From Eledone cirrhosa (Eukaryota), in NCBI GenBank assembly GCA_964016885.1, contig OZ024745.1:43524001-43588000 (forward strand): 64,000 nucleotides of DNA, given 5' to 3'. The translations under genes and the position numbers were made by a program. Below are positions 1 through 12,242 of the stretch, piece after piece. Each line of letters opens with the position of its first letter. Within the stretch, counting starts at the first letter, position 1. Under the pieces are notes generated by a model that was not told the DNA's origin, did not search any database, and saw only the letters and a program-made list of their open reading frames with translations.

Positions 1-2484
1 TGTAACACTAACTTCAAAAAACGTGACAATCACCTGATCACCTATAGATCCGGGGAACACACAAGCCAGGTAGATTATATCCTTACCAGAAGACGTGACA
101 GAGTGTCTGTTGTAAACACTAAATCCCTCCCCCATGAAGAATGCACCTCCCAACATAGACTGATAATTAGCGACCTCATAGTCAGGACGAGACGTACTCG
201 ACAGCAGAAGAGGACTATCCTCAGGAGGAAAATATGGAAGCTAAAGGACCCCACAGCCAGAAATAAATGTCAAAGCATATTACTTGATGCTTTCGACAGT
301 AAGGAAGAACATTTAGAGTCGGACAATATAGAGGGACAGTGGGAATTTCTGAAAGCAAACCTGCTGTTGGCGACAGACGAAGTCTGTGGCTGGAGCAGGC
401 CTGTAGGCAGGAGGAGAGTAACATGGTGGTGGAACAGTAAGGTGGAGGGGTCAATTAAGGCCAAAAAGCAGGCTTGGAAAGTATGGCGGGATGGGGGAAG
501 TAGAGTAGACTATCAAGTGGCCAGGAGGGAAGCTAGGAGAGAAGTGTACTTAGCAAGAAGGGAAGCTGAGGAAAGAAAGTTCAAGCATGTTCTACAACGC
601 GATGACCAAAAACGTGAGGTGTTCAGGATTGCTAGGCAATGCGTCAAGGAAAACCGTGATATTGTCAGGGAGAAGTGTGTACTTAACGATGATGGCATAC
701 TTGCCATCACCGACACTGATAAGAAGGTAGCTTGGAAGTGTCACTATGAAAGGCTACTAAATGAGGAGAATAAATGGGAGAAAGACAGTCTCCCCCATAT
801 CGACCCAATAGAGGGACCAGCAGTGTTAGTCGAGGGGAGTATAATAAGTAAGGCAATCAAGGATATGAAGACGGGTAAGGCGGCTGGGCCTTCGGAAATA
901 GTTGCTGAGATGTTGAAGGCATCTGGCACAGTGGGACACGCCATGGTCACCCGCATAGTTAACCAAGTCGTACAGAATGGGGTTGTTCCGAAGGACTGGC
1001 ATAGCAGCATCATCGTTAACTGTTATAAGGGTAAAGGAGACGCCCTAGATAGGAGTAACTATAGAGGCATTAAATTAATCGACCAGGTCATGAAGGTCAC
1101 GGAAAAAGTAATAGCGCAACTAATCAGAGAGCGAATTGATCTAGATGAAATGCAGTTCGGGTTTGTGTCAGGCAAAAGTACCACAGACGCTCTTTTCATA
1201 GTACGACAACTACAGGAGAAGTACCTAGCTAAAGGTAAACCCCTCTACTTAGCTTTTGTCGACTTGGAGAAAGCCTTCGACAGAGTCCCCCGCTCCATTA
1301 TCTGGTGGGCTCTTAGAAAACTAGGCGTTGACGAATGGCTTGTGAGGGCTATACAAGCCATGTATAAAGAAACAGTCAGCAAGGTTAGAATTAACAACGA
1401 ATATAGTGAAGAGTTTAGCGTAAAAGTTGGCGTCCATCAGGGCTCTGTTCTCAGCCCCCTACTATTTATTATTGCCCTTCAGGCTATAACAGAGGAGTTC
1501 AAGACAGGCTGCCCATGGGAACTCCTATACGCAGACGACCTGACACTCATAGCGGAATCAATGGGCGAGCTAGAGAAGAAATTCCAAACATGGAAGCACG
1601 GCCTAGAGTCAAAAGGACTTAAAATTAACCTGGCTAAGACCAAAGTTCTAGTTTGTAGGAAAGAAAACAAGGCGGCAGTCCCTTCTGGGAAATGGTCGTG
1701 CTCGGTGTGTAGGAAAGGCGTAGGTAGAAACTCCATTTTATGTCCTAAATGCAAAGTATGGGTGCATAAAAGATGTAGTGGGATCACAGGTAAGCTAACT
1801 AAGAACATAGATTTTACATGTGGCCGGTGTTCTGGTGCAATAAGTAGCAGCAAGTGCCCACAAAATACTAGCTCTTTCAATTGCGCAGAGGGTTCTATAG
1901 AAATAGTGGACAGCTTCCGTTACCTGGGCGATAAAATCAGCAGTGGGGGAGGGTGCTCTGAAAGTACTGTAGCTAGAGTCAGAACTGGTTGGAAAAAGTT
2001 CAGAGAGCTTATACCACTATTAGCCGCTAAAGGGTTCTCCCTAAAAATGAAAGGCAGGTTGTACGATGACTGCATACGAACAGCAATGTTGCATGGCAGT
2101 GAGACCTGGGCATTGTGTGCAGAGGATATACGCAGACTAGAGAGGAACGAAGCTTGCATGCTCCGCTGGATGTGTAACAGTAATATACGTGAACGGCAAA
2201 GCATAAACGAACTAAGGAAAAAATTAGAGATAAGAGGGATCAGATGTTGTTTACTCGAGAGAAGGCTACGTTGGTATGGACACGTGATGCGCATGAAAGT
2301 CGATAGCTGTATAACAAAGTGCAGGGAAATAAAGATAGACGGTAGTCACGGAATAGGCAGACCTAGAAAAACCTGGGACGAGCTGATAAACTCCGACATC
2401 ACACACTTACACCTCTCCAAGATAATGTCACTGGACCGAGACCTTTGGTGGTACTCAGTAACAGAGAAGACCCGCCTTACCTAA
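1..2484 (+). CDS. RTE-clade LINE ORF (end of APE endonuclease, reverse transcriptase, PHD-like Cys cluster); 5' end outside the window
   Basis: Frame 1 is open from base 1 (NTNFKKRDNHLITYRSGEHTSQVDYIL...SQHRL, APE C-terminus). RT motifs NYRGIKL, QFGF, FVDLEKAFDRV, GVHQGSVLSP, LYADD; Cys cluster CSVC..SILCPKCKVWVHKRC..CGRC; RTE-type C-terminus RRLRWYGHVMR..GRPRKTW. No stop over 2484 nt. Confidence 0.93.
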   Translation, partial: CNTNFKKRDNHLITYRSGEHTSQVDYILTRRRDRVSVVNTKSLPHEECTSQHRLIISDLIVRTRRTRQQKRTILRRKIWKLKDPTARNKCQSILLDAFDSKEEHLESDNIEGQWEFLKANLLLATDEVCGWSRPVGRRRVTWWWNSKVEGSIKAKKQAWKVWRDGGSRVDYQVARREARREVYLARREAEERKFKHVLQRDDQKREVFRIARQCVKENRDIVREKCVLNDDGILAITDTDKKVAWKCHYERLLNEENKWEKDSLPHIDPIEGPAVLVEGSIISKAIKDMKTGKAAGPSEIVAEMLKASGTVGHAMVTRIVNQVVQNGVVPKDWHSSIIVNCYKGKGDALDRSNYRGIKLIDQVMKVTEKVIAQLIRERIDLDEMQFGFVSGKSTTDALFIVRQLQEKYLAKGKPLYLAFVDLEKAFDRVPRSIIWWALRKLGVDEWLVRAIQAMYKETVSKVRINNEYSEEFSVKVGVHQGSVLSPLLFIIALQAITEEFKTGCPWELLYADDLTLIAESMGELEKKFQTWKHGLESKGLKINLAKTKVLVCRKENKAAVPSGKWSCSVCRKGVGRNSILCPKCKVWVHKRCSGITGKLTKNIDFTCGRCSGAISSSKCPQNTSSFNCAEGSIEIVDSFRYLGDKISSGGGCSESTVARVRTGWKKFRELIPLLAAKGFSLKMKGRLYDDCIRTAMLHGSETWALCAEDIRRLERNEACMLRWMCNSNIRERQSINELRKKLEIRGIRCCLLERRLRWYGHVMRMKVDSCITKCREIKIDGSHGIGRPRKTWDELINSDITHLHLSKIMSLDRDLWWYSVTEKTRLT

Positions 2485-2877
2485 ATATATAGTAAAACCT
2501 ACTCCAGCCAGTAGGCATCTCTAACAAAATACACCCCGTCCCACCACCCCCACCCCACCCCATCCACACCACCCCGTTCTATGTAAAGTTATGTTGGTGC
2601 CGCGCCATCCAGGCCGAAACAAATGAGATCGTGTAGGTGTCACGACAAAAAAACACACAGTCCATGCTGTAATGTGGCCGTGTAGGCAACACGGTAAAAA
2701 CCTCCCAGACCCACACTGTAAATGTGGTTGGTGTTAGGAAGGGCATCCAACTGTAGAAAACCTGCCAGACAGTCCTATGTGAGCAAGACAATCACTCTTG
2801 CCTCAAGTGGGACTACCCCCGTCCAAACCCATGCAAGCATGGAACACGGACGTTAAACGTTGATGATGATGATGATG
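1..2877 (+). mobile_element. RTE LINE including 3' UTR and (GAT)n tail
   Basis: The ORF is followed by a ~390-nt UTR ending gacgttaaacgttgatgatgatgatgatg. The same UTR and tail recur as truncated copies elsewhere in the window. Confidence 0.9.
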
Positions 2878-3563
2878 TAGTCGTAGGAGGCACTTTAAAC
2901 CTGGTGGTGCCCATCCCCTCTCCAGGTCTGAAACCGGCAGATTTCTTCCAAGGAAAGTGAGAGAGCGAGAGGGAGTGAGAAAGAGATACAGAAACCTTGA
3001 TCCCAGTACTGGACTAGTACTTTTTTATCAACTCCAAAAGGATGAAAAGCAAAGTTGACCTTGACGGAAGAAAGAGAAAGAGATGCAGAGGAAGAATTAA
3101 TCTCAGTACCCAACTGATTTTTTTTTTTATCAAGGATGAAAGGCAAAGTTGACCTTGATGAGTTTTGAACACAGAGTGCTGAAACAACTATCACAAAGTA
3201 TTCTATCCAACATTCAAAATATATTATTAGCTGTATTATAACAGTACCACATTTAACTCTTCTAACTGTATATGTTGTCAATGAGCTAACCCAGTGCAGT
3301 TGACAGTTATTGGTAATATCCATAGAGAAGTCAGGATCTCATTTCCCCTTTACCCCAACCAGATTTGAAAACCTTGAAAAGACAAAAAATGGCCACAGGT
3401 GCTGCTGTCTTTCTTCCACTGACTAAAAATAGAAATAAGAGATTTCGTCTAGTAGACAAAATTTCAAATTAATCTAGAGCAACAGCAACTAATTTTTTAT
3501 AAAATGTAAATTAAATTATAAGAAAAATATTTTTTTAATAAGTGTACTCATCTGTCATGGCAG

Positions 3564-3705
3564 GACTGTCACCCAACTTCTGTCAGACTTGCTATATTTT
3601 CTGGCCAACCAAGAGAACACTGGTGCGGACCCTCTAGAACTAGAAGTATCTAAACCAGATCGAGAAAGACAAAAACTGCTCAGGGAGCAAAATATTTTAA
3701 AACAA
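3564..3705 (+). CDS. ITPR: ITPR exon (IP3-binding core: [12 protein letters not shown]...[17 protein letters not shown])
   Basis: cag|GACT ... ACAA|gtaag; contains the IP3-coordinating RERQKLLR motif. Confidence 0.93.
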
Positions 3706-4107
3706 GTAAGTTGTATCTTTTATGACTTTTGATGTGTTTCATTTTACATATCTTTTTTTCTTTTATCAAAATTAGATAGTTTACATGGAGTATAATAAAA
3801 TTTTATTTGAATAAGCTCAAAATACAGTTTGATTAATTTTAATATTTATTTTACTAACTTACATTTATTTACCAGAAGTATCATGATGATGGTGATAACT
3901 CTGGTTAATAAATGTAAGTTATTAAATATGCCTTTAATATCCCCTATTGTCTACTCAGCATCAAATAATTTAGTTCTCTTTGAAATAGTGTTTAATAGTG
4001 CTTACAATAGCATTTTTGAATGAAATCAATCTCTATATCTAAATTTGTCGATCTATTTGACCCATGTTAATATAAAAAAATAGTTGTGTATTTTGTACTC
4101 ACTTTAC

Positions 4108-4364
4108 TATTTTGCCTTTCATCCTTATGGGTCCGATAAAATAAAGTACCAGTAATGCACTGGGTAATTGCTGGCCTTGTGCCAAAAGTAGAAACAATTA
4201 TTAATAATGTTAATCTGAGTTCAAATCCCACCAAGGTTAACTTTGCCTGTCATCCTTACGGGGTCGATAAAATAAAGTACCAGACACGCACTGGGATCGA
4301 CTTAATCGACTTTCCCCGCCCCCAAAATTGCTGGCCTTGTGCCTATATAAGAAACCATTATTAA
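4108..4364 (+). mobile_element. Two tandem 5'-truncated tRNA-derived SINE copies
   Basis: Core ctttcatccttacggggtcgataaaataaagtaccag, B-box gagttcaaatccc and 3' tail ggccttgtgcc..agaaacaatta. Confidence 0.85.
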
Positions 4365-4543
4365 TAATTGTTTCTACTTTAGGCACAAGGCCAGCAATTA
4401 CCCAGTACATTACTGGTACTTTATTTTATCGACCCCGTAAGGATGAAAGGCAAAGTTAACCTCGGCGGGATTTGAACTCAGACTGTAAAGGGACGTAACC
4501 ATGCTAGAAAGCATGCTGTCCAACCCTCAACCGATACTGCCAA
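4365..4543 (-). mobile_element. tRNA-derived SINE (same family), antisense
   Basis: Reverse complement of the full copy at 54258-54448. Confidence 0.88.
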
Positions 4544-5130
4544 TGTCAATGAAAAGGTTTTTGGTAAATTTCGATAGTTGCATAGTTTTGAATCAGATGG
4601 TGTGGATTTTATAACTGATTCTCATCCCTACCACAAACAACTTACCTTTGAAAGAGGAATAGAGCCAATTGTTAGCCAAATAAATTAGACAAAGTAGATG
4701 TTGTAATATTTCACCTTGTGATCATGTAGTTATTTTGGCCTGTGCTTTAAGTCCCCCTGCCACTAAATGTTTGAAACAAAACAATAATTTAGATTTGAAA
4801 TTCATTTTACATATCCTCATCACTATTTCTATGCTTGCATGGATGAGACAAGCTATGTTATGTGTCGAGACACATCACATCAGGTGACCACATCTAGCTC
4901 ATACAGATATGTTTTTGCTTCAATTGCTGGATGCCTTCCTAATGTCAACCACATTACAGTGTATACTGGGAACTTTTCTTGTGGGACCAGCATTACCGCC
5001 TTACAAGTTGGACTGTGTGTTTGATTTTTTGTCATGGCACCAACACAAATACCTTACAGTGTAGACTGAATGTCTATTATTATTATTATTGTTGTTGTTG
5101 TAATTATTATTTTGTTCAAAACTTTTATAG

Positions 5131-5289
5131 ATTTTCAAAATTCTTCAAGCACCATTTAAAGAAAATGGACAAAGACCATTTCTTCGTATGGAAGAACTTG
5201 CTGATCAACGCCATTCAAATTACCGATACATCTGTCAATTATGTTATCGAATTCTCAACCTTTCCCAACAAAGCTATCGCAAAAATCAA
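5131..5289 (+). CDS. ITPR: ITPR exon (IFKILQAPF...[10 protein letters not shown])
   Basis: tag|ATT ... CAA|gtaag, 159 nt, phase 0-0; contains the YRK IP3-binding motif. Confidence 0.94.
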
Positions 5290-5766
5290 GTAAGCTCATC
5301 TTTAAATTTTCTTTATTACTTATGAAATTGTAATAAAAACAGAAATCACAAATAAATTGCTATTTTGTAACTATATGCTGAAAAGCATATTGTCTGATGC
5401 TCTGCCAATCCACTATCCTCATTCCAGTCAATAATAAAATGCGGTTTAATTAAACTAGGATAAAATCTAAATTCTGAGGAAATTGGTAAAGATATGTTAG
5501 CGTCAGTTAATTCATTGGAAGGTTTGTAAAAATGTTTGATAATTTCAATTGCTTTAAGGAATGAAAAATCTAATATTTTAGCCCCCTGTTCTTCATCAGA
5601 GAGTGAGACAGACAGAGAAAATGGTATCACTCTGATTTTAAGCTAACAAATAAAATCATACAAAATGTTAACAATTACAGAAACATATAATCAATCTGCT
5701 ATAACTGAACACATTTCCGTTTCTTCTCATATTTATTCATTTCTTTATCTTGTTAATAATTTTCAG

Positions 5767-5939
5767 GAATACATTGCCAAACAGTTTCCATTCATGCAAA
5801 AACAGATTGGTTATGATGTGCTTGCTGAAGACACCATTACAGCTCTTCTTCACAACAACAGGAAGTTGTTAGAAGAACACATCACAGAATCGGAAATCGA
5901 AACGTTTATTGCTTTGGTTCGCAAAAACCGGGAACCAAG
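5767..5939 (+). CDS. ITPR: ITPR exon ([36 protein letters not shown]...RKNREPR)
   Basis: cag|GAA ... AG|gtaag; highly conserved IP3R sequence. Confidence 0.96.
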
Positions 5940-6219
5940 GTAAGAATGGTTTTATTTGTTTGTTATCTTAAAGATGTATAAAATACATATTATCTACAAC
6001 TGACAAAATTTTATCTAAAATTTTGATTGGAAGTGTTGTTTTGAAAAACACCATATTCCTTTTATTTAGTTTTGTTAATTTCAAATATAATTGCAATCTT
6101 TATTAAATTGTCATGTGATCCTATTACCTCCAATATTATATTATAACATTTTACAACATTTTAGAATTTTTTCACTGTTGCTTTTAATCATCATTATAAA
6201 ATATTTCATACTGTTAATT

Positions 6220-7720
6220 TTATTATTATTATTATTATTGTTGTTATTATTATTTCTTTATTGGCCACTGGGGTCAAAAACATTGAGGACAATACAATAA
6301 GCAGGAACAGTGGGAATTTATATAAGGAAAGAAAAAATATGTAACAAATAACAACAAAATCTCCCAATAGAGGGAGTAATTAAGGAATTTGACTGATTTG
6401 AGATCACCCCAGTCACTAAGGATGCCATAAGCAAACACACTCTTCCCTCTATTCTCTTGTTGTAGCCGAAAAAGAAATATTGAGAAGCAATCTAAATGAC
6501 CCTATGTGAGTGTTCAATATCCACACATGCATTTGAGCAAACTAGTCGGTACCGGTCAAACAGTTGAAAATGTATAATCAGATTTATTAGGCTTCTGTAC
6601 CCACCCACTCATATATTAGCTACTCTTACACAGTTTTTTTATGCATCTAAGATATAATTCTAGTCCCCTGCTAACAGTAAAGGGGGAAATATTTCAAGAA
6701 AGATTTCCAGATGGCTGAATAAATGCTGCTGTTATACCCTAGTCAGGGCATAGATAGCCACCAGTCTGAAAGCACTATTTTCACTATCCTTCACATCCAA
6801 GACCACCATCTTACCATCTGGGTCCAAGAAGATCATCCATATTTCAAGGGTCAGGCCTTTTCGAAACAACACTGTCACTCAGCTTCCAAATTCAGGCTGA
6901 CTAAGAGATGTATAGATCCATGTCCAGTCGTTTGAGCGAAGTTAGAATTATGTGCATTTTGAGCGATGCCTATTAAGCGATGTCGGTTTGAGCGAAGTTA
7001 ATAAAAATATACTAGAATTCTATAATTTTTTTTGTAAAATAAAAAATTATTAAAATACTGGTAAAATCAGTAAAAAAAATGTTAATGTACGGTAGTATAT
7101 ATTTCACTTAAAATTAAGCTCGCCGAAATTATCATTCACTCTTAATGTTTTGCTCAAAATAACTTTGCTCAAAATGAATGGAACTATATAGATCTCAAAG
7201 TCATAAAATATAGGTGCTAGTGTATGTGTATCAAAATCCTGGTCTCCTCGATGGCTATCACACTTTTAGCTAGTGACCTAAATTTATTGAGCAAGCAACT
7301 TCATCTAGTGACCTAAGGTCATTGAACAAACACTCACTGTTGGGGTAGGAGATGTTATTGCAGTAGGGTTCTGGTGTAATGCATATGTGTCTCTGATAGG
7401 TGGCTAGGTCTCATCCATTTACAGTTGAAATTCGTAAATGTAATCAGAAATTCAATTCTGATAGTTTCTTAACTTGCACACCTCATCTATAAAATTCTCT
7501 TTGTAAAAATTCAACAACACCACGAATCATCATCTCTCTCCTTGAATTATGTTTTCTCTGTCTTCTCCTTCTCCCTATTCAGCAGCCTCTTGCATTTTGG
7601 TGGCTTTATTACCTTGCTTGGGGTGAACAAAAAAAAAAAGTCTGCCCCGTGCATGTTCAGGTTGTCATTCATTTTAGTTTGGGTTTAACATTCTCTATTT
7701 TAGTTGTCTATTCTGCAGTA
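6220..7720 (-). mobile_element. Degenerate, internally deleted L1/Tx1-like LINE relic
   Basis: 3' end gtggccaataaagaaata(ATA)n matches the + copy at ~8338. The minus strand near 6740-6770 reads FRLVAIYA (endonuclease VYAP-like). Boundaries are approximate. Confidence 0.5.
6919..7186. mobile_element. MITE nested in the LINE relic
   Basis: Imperfect TIRs gtccagtcgtttgagcgaagtta / taactttgctcaaaatgaatggaac; flanking direct repeat tatagatc at 6911-6918 and 7187-7194. Confidence 0.6.
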
Positions 7721-7849
7721 TTTGGACAAATTCCTGTTACACAGCTCCTGAATTGTTGGATTATATTTAGCACTAGAGTTAGTGAAAATATTTTTTGTAG
7801 TATTTTCAAAATATTTTGAGAAAACTCCAATCTTTTTTATTATTATTAT

Positions 7850-8354
7850 TATTGAAGATTGCCCCGCCGTCCTCCTTTAGAGGGGAAGGATAGGCAGTTT
7901 TTATCTGTCTGGTGGCCATGGTTAAAAAGGTTGTGTGGTGGATGCATTTGAAAGGGTTGAAGGCAGCCATTTTCCTCTTCGGCGAAGACCTGATTAACTT
8001 TTTCAGATTTCACTTGAAGAGGAAAATCAGGGTGGAGAGGGAAGTGCTGCCTTCCAACCAGTTTGTTGAAAGGTGGGTGGTGAGCATGGTCCGTGTGAAT
8101 TGGCCCACCTTGAGCATGCAATTTTAGACTGGAGTAGTATAACTGGGTGAGGGCATTCTGCCCTAGCAGACAGGATGACTGTGGCTTTTGTGGGATTTCT
8201 ACACAAGTGACCCTTTGGAGAAGTTGTTATATCTGTTTTAAATATTTATTTTCTTAATCTCTTTTATAAATTTTATTTTACATAAAGAAAAACCCACACT
8301 GTATCATCTTAAATGTTTCCTTAATGTGAGGCCTGTGTGGCCAATAAAGAAAAT

Positions 8355-8386
<32 letters not shown>
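7850..8386 (+). mobile_element. 5'-truncated L1/Tx1-like LINE 3' end
   Basis: ORF remnant KKVVWW...LINFFRFHLKRKIRVERE..FVERW, then a UTR, AATAAA and an (ATT)n tail. An ATT run also precedes it. Confidence 0.6.
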
Positions 8387-8387
<1 letters not shown>

Positions 8388-9010
8388 TTGTTTTTCTTTA
8401 ATTTTTTTTTTTTTTTTTTTGCTGTATATATTGCCTGAAGCAGATAAATATAATTGTATTGTTCAACCTGTGACAGTATATAAACTTACAATATAATAAT
8501 CTAATATATTACAAAGGATTTTTGTCTATCAGGGTGACCACTTCAATTTTTCCCCAGGAACTAATGTAAAATTCAAAATTTGTTTAACTATTGTTATCAT
8601 TCAGAAGCTTTATATTAATTATTATTTTTGTAAGTCAGATTTACAGAAAATGAGAAATGTAAAAAAAAAAACAGCATCTTGCTTCTTGAATAATGTTGTT
8701 GCTATTGTTGTGTATATTTATTGTTGTTATTGGAGTGTACATTTATTGTTGTTATAGTGAATGAGTAATTGCTCCTTTACATGTCATGGTGCTAATCTAT
8801 TATCTGTGACATTTGCTGCCCACAGATTGAATGCTCCCAGTCAACCATGGAGGTATTTTATTCCATAGATCTGCTGCATTCACTAGCTGCATTCATTAGC
8901 AGTTGTTGTTCTGTTGCCCAAATTGCACTTTCATCTTTTTCCCTGCTCTATAAGCAGTCACTATCACTCTATTCACCATTGTCACAAACATGTACCACAT
9001 ACATAAGCAC

Positions 9011-9023
9011 TCACACACACACA

Positions 9024-9100
<77 letters not shown>
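9011..9100. repeat. (CA)n microsatellite
   Basis: Direct reading. Confidence 0.97.
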
Positions 9101-9103
<3 letters not shown>

Positions 9104-9276
9104 CATATAACTCATTTAAAACCTAACTTATCACACATTTTCTACCTTTCATTCCATTCTATGAAAATAAAGAAGAATGAATCAAATCTACACAGCTTTC
9201 AATAGTTCATAAATAATAAATGAACTCCATGAAAATGATGCTATTTTGAAAAGCCACTAAACTAAAGTAATAACAG

Positions 9277-9280
<4 letters not shown>

Positions 9281-9317
<37 letters not shown>

Positions 9318-9630
9318 TATATATATGAATTTGTTTTGCAAGGTTTTTGATATGAAATCGTGTGTTGAAACAAATATTGTTATATTTGGAGAGGGTCATG
9401 TTGTTATAATATTGCCAGAAATATATAATAAAACACAAATCAAACAGGTGTGTTTTACTATATATTTCTGACAATAATATAACATGACACTCCCCAAATA
9501 TAACGATATATATATTCATATGTACATATATATATATATATGTGTGTATATATATATGTATATATATATATATATATGTGTGTATATATATATATATGTA
9601 TATATATATACATGTGTGTGTATATATATA

Positions 9631-9661
<31 letters not shown>

Positions 9662-9970
9662 GTATGTATATATATATATATATATGTGTATATGTATGTA
9701 TATATATATGTGTGTATATGTATGTATATATATATGTGTGTATATGTATGTATATATATATATATATGTGTATATGTATGTATATATATATATATATATG
9801 TGTATATGTATGTATATATATATGTATATGTGTGTATGTATGTATATATATATGTATATGTGTGTATGTATGTATATATATATGTATATGTGTGTATATA
9901 TGTATATATGTATATGTATATGTGTGTATATATATGTATATATGTATATGTGTGTATATATATGTATATA
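9281..9970. repeat. (TA)n tract (9281-9325) and a compound TA/TG/TATG microsatellite (~9506-9970)
   Basis: Direct reading; explains the YI/CV-rich ORFs in the track. Confidence 0.95.
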
Positions 9971-11174
9971 TTCACCTTTTGCACTAAATTCCTATTCTGT
10001 TAAAATGGATAGTATTTAAATTATTGTGATTTACATTTGACATTTAAAAAACTATTTTCATTAGAAATCATAATTAATTTATTTTCTTAACTAGAACAAG
10101 TGATTTATTAGTTTGGCTGGCATATATTTTGGTGTCACATAATTCTATATCAGCTAAATATAATTATATGCTTTGAACCTGCTTTGCTATTAAGATTCTA
10201 ATTATATTTAGTTACAATTAATGAATTATATATTACTGTTGTGGATATTTCATCAAAGCTGAACAATTCAAACTTACGGTCACAATAGTTCACTCATTAT
10301 AAAAAAAAAGATGATGTGACTTTTGCGGCAGAAGAAATATATTTTTATACAAATTTAAATATGCTGTGTCTAATTTGATTCTTCAGTGAGTGAAGTTCTC
10401 AGAATCTTTTTCATAGTATGGAAAATTATGGTGATCTGCTAAAGTTCTTCTTATTACATAATCTTACCTAATTCTCTGTTTTCTGAAGACAAAACAAATG
10501 TGTGTTCCTTAGAACTATATTTTAGCCCTCTCTCTTCATTCTTTCTATACTTTTTCTTTTCTTGTTTTATTTGTTTTTAATGTTTGGTGTGTGTTTATTT
10601 TATTTATTTCCCATGTATTTATTAAATTTCTGAAAATTGCAAAGGATGAATATACTGCTAACCATCTTTTAATTAGATGTGTTCATATTCATAACATATT
10701 AGAACTTATTTTCATTAAAATATCTACTACATTTCTTTTTTCATGAATTTGTTATCATCTTAAGAAGCATTTCTAAGGCATTTATCTTTAGACAATATCT
10801 GAAAGCTAAATTAGTAGGTAAAAAATATAGCTAGAAAGTTATAAAACTAGTCCTCTACTAGGGGTAAAATTCAGTTTGTCTTTCATAGCCTAGTTACTAT
10901 TTGAGATACAATTTAACTTTAAATCAAAAGTGAATAAAACATATTCAAATAAGATAGGAAGGCTTTTGAAAGAATTTTATTGGTAAGTAATTGGTTGTAT
11001 TAGAACATGGAAGATGTTATATAATTAATGTAATACTTGAACTGTTTTTGGTCAAAAAAATAAATTTGAACATTTATACTATTCAGTAGTAAAATCAGGG
11101 TGTAATTACAAATGCAATGTTTGGCCAAGAAAGAAATCAAATATCATATATACTTGAGTAATCTACCATTGATA

Positions 11175-11350
11175 TAATAATGGTTTCTGATTTAGGCACA
11201 AGCAACAATTTTGGGGGAAGGGAAAGTTGATTAATTCAACTCTAGTGCATTACTGGTACTTCATTTTATTGACCCTGTAAGGATGAAAGGCAAAGCTAAC
11301 CTTGGTAGGATTTTAACTCAGAACGCAAAGGGCCATAACTCTATGCTTCA
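11175..11350 (-). mobile_element. tRNA-derived SINE, diverged
   Basis: ctggtacttcattttattgaccctgtaaggatgaaaggcaaag core on the minus strand. Confidence 0.75.
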
Positions 11351-11371
11351 AAATATGTTTTCCATCCATTA

Positions 11372-11612
11372 TGGGTCTGATTACTCATGTGAATTATCTG
11401 TGGTTTTTCAAGGAATTGAACACCTACAATACAATTACATCTGACATGTAAAAACGTTGTGTGTAACTGCAGAGGTCCTCAGAGAAGCTGAGTCATTATT
11501 GCAGCTACACACGTTTTTTCACTTTATAAACTGTGGATCTCAGATCTAATTGTATTGTAGCTGTTCAATTCCTTGAAAAAACTCTGATAATTCATCTGTG
11601 TAATCAGACCTG
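11372..11612. mobile_element. Hairpin MITE, Tc1/mariner-type (TA flanks)
   Basis: ~70-bp TIRs ggtctgattac...tacaattacatctga / tcagatctaattgta...gtaatcagacctg|ta, plus inner palindromic segments. Confidence 0.8.
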
Positions 11613-11865
11613 TAACTGAATTTTATTATTTCAAACAACTTTAAATGAATATCATAAGAAAGACTACATGTAAATATTGTGCAGTAGAGTAGAAAATTTG
11701 TCCTTAGATATAAAAATAATTCTTTCATGTATGTGACTTTTATGAAGTAATGATTTGTAAAAGTAAAGTAATTTTAGACACTGATCTACTAATAACATGA
11801 TCATGAATTCAAAATTCCTTATAGATAAAGTTGTCAATTTTGTGTGATTTAGTTATTAGCAATAG

Positions 11866-12195
11866 GAAATATGGCTTAGTGGTTAGAGCACTTGCAATTA
11901 GGAAGTTGTGAGTTCAATTCTCAGACCGAGTGATGCATTTTGTCCTTGAGCAAGACATTTTATTTCACATTGCTCCAGTTTACTCAGCTGTAGAAATGAG
12001 TTGCAATGTCACTTTCACCAGGTTGTATCAGCCATTATCTTTTGCTAGGATAACAACAGTGGTTTGGAGAAGGGAGACTGGTATGCATGGGCAACTGTTG
12101 GTCTTCCTCAGACAACCTTGCCCAGACTTGTGCCTTGCTGGGGAAATTTCTAGCTATAAATCCCATGGTCATTCATAACTGAAGGGGTTCTTTTT
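11866..12195 (+). mobile_element. Second tRNA-derived SINE family (CORE-like)
   Basis: A-box tggcttagtgg, B-box gagttcaattc and CORE-like gtccttgagcaagacatt. Antisense fragments at ~31670-31810 and ~62490-62595. Confidence 0.7.
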
Positions 12196-12200
12196 TAGTA

Positions 12201-12242
<42 letters not shown>

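Noticed and set aside
221-2294. Minus-strand ORFs over the RTE element
   Set aside because: Antisense shadows of the real ORF with no recognisable motifs.
8847-10019. ORFs rich in HT, CV and YI (also 30354-31137)
   Set aside because: Translations of dinucleotide microsatellites.
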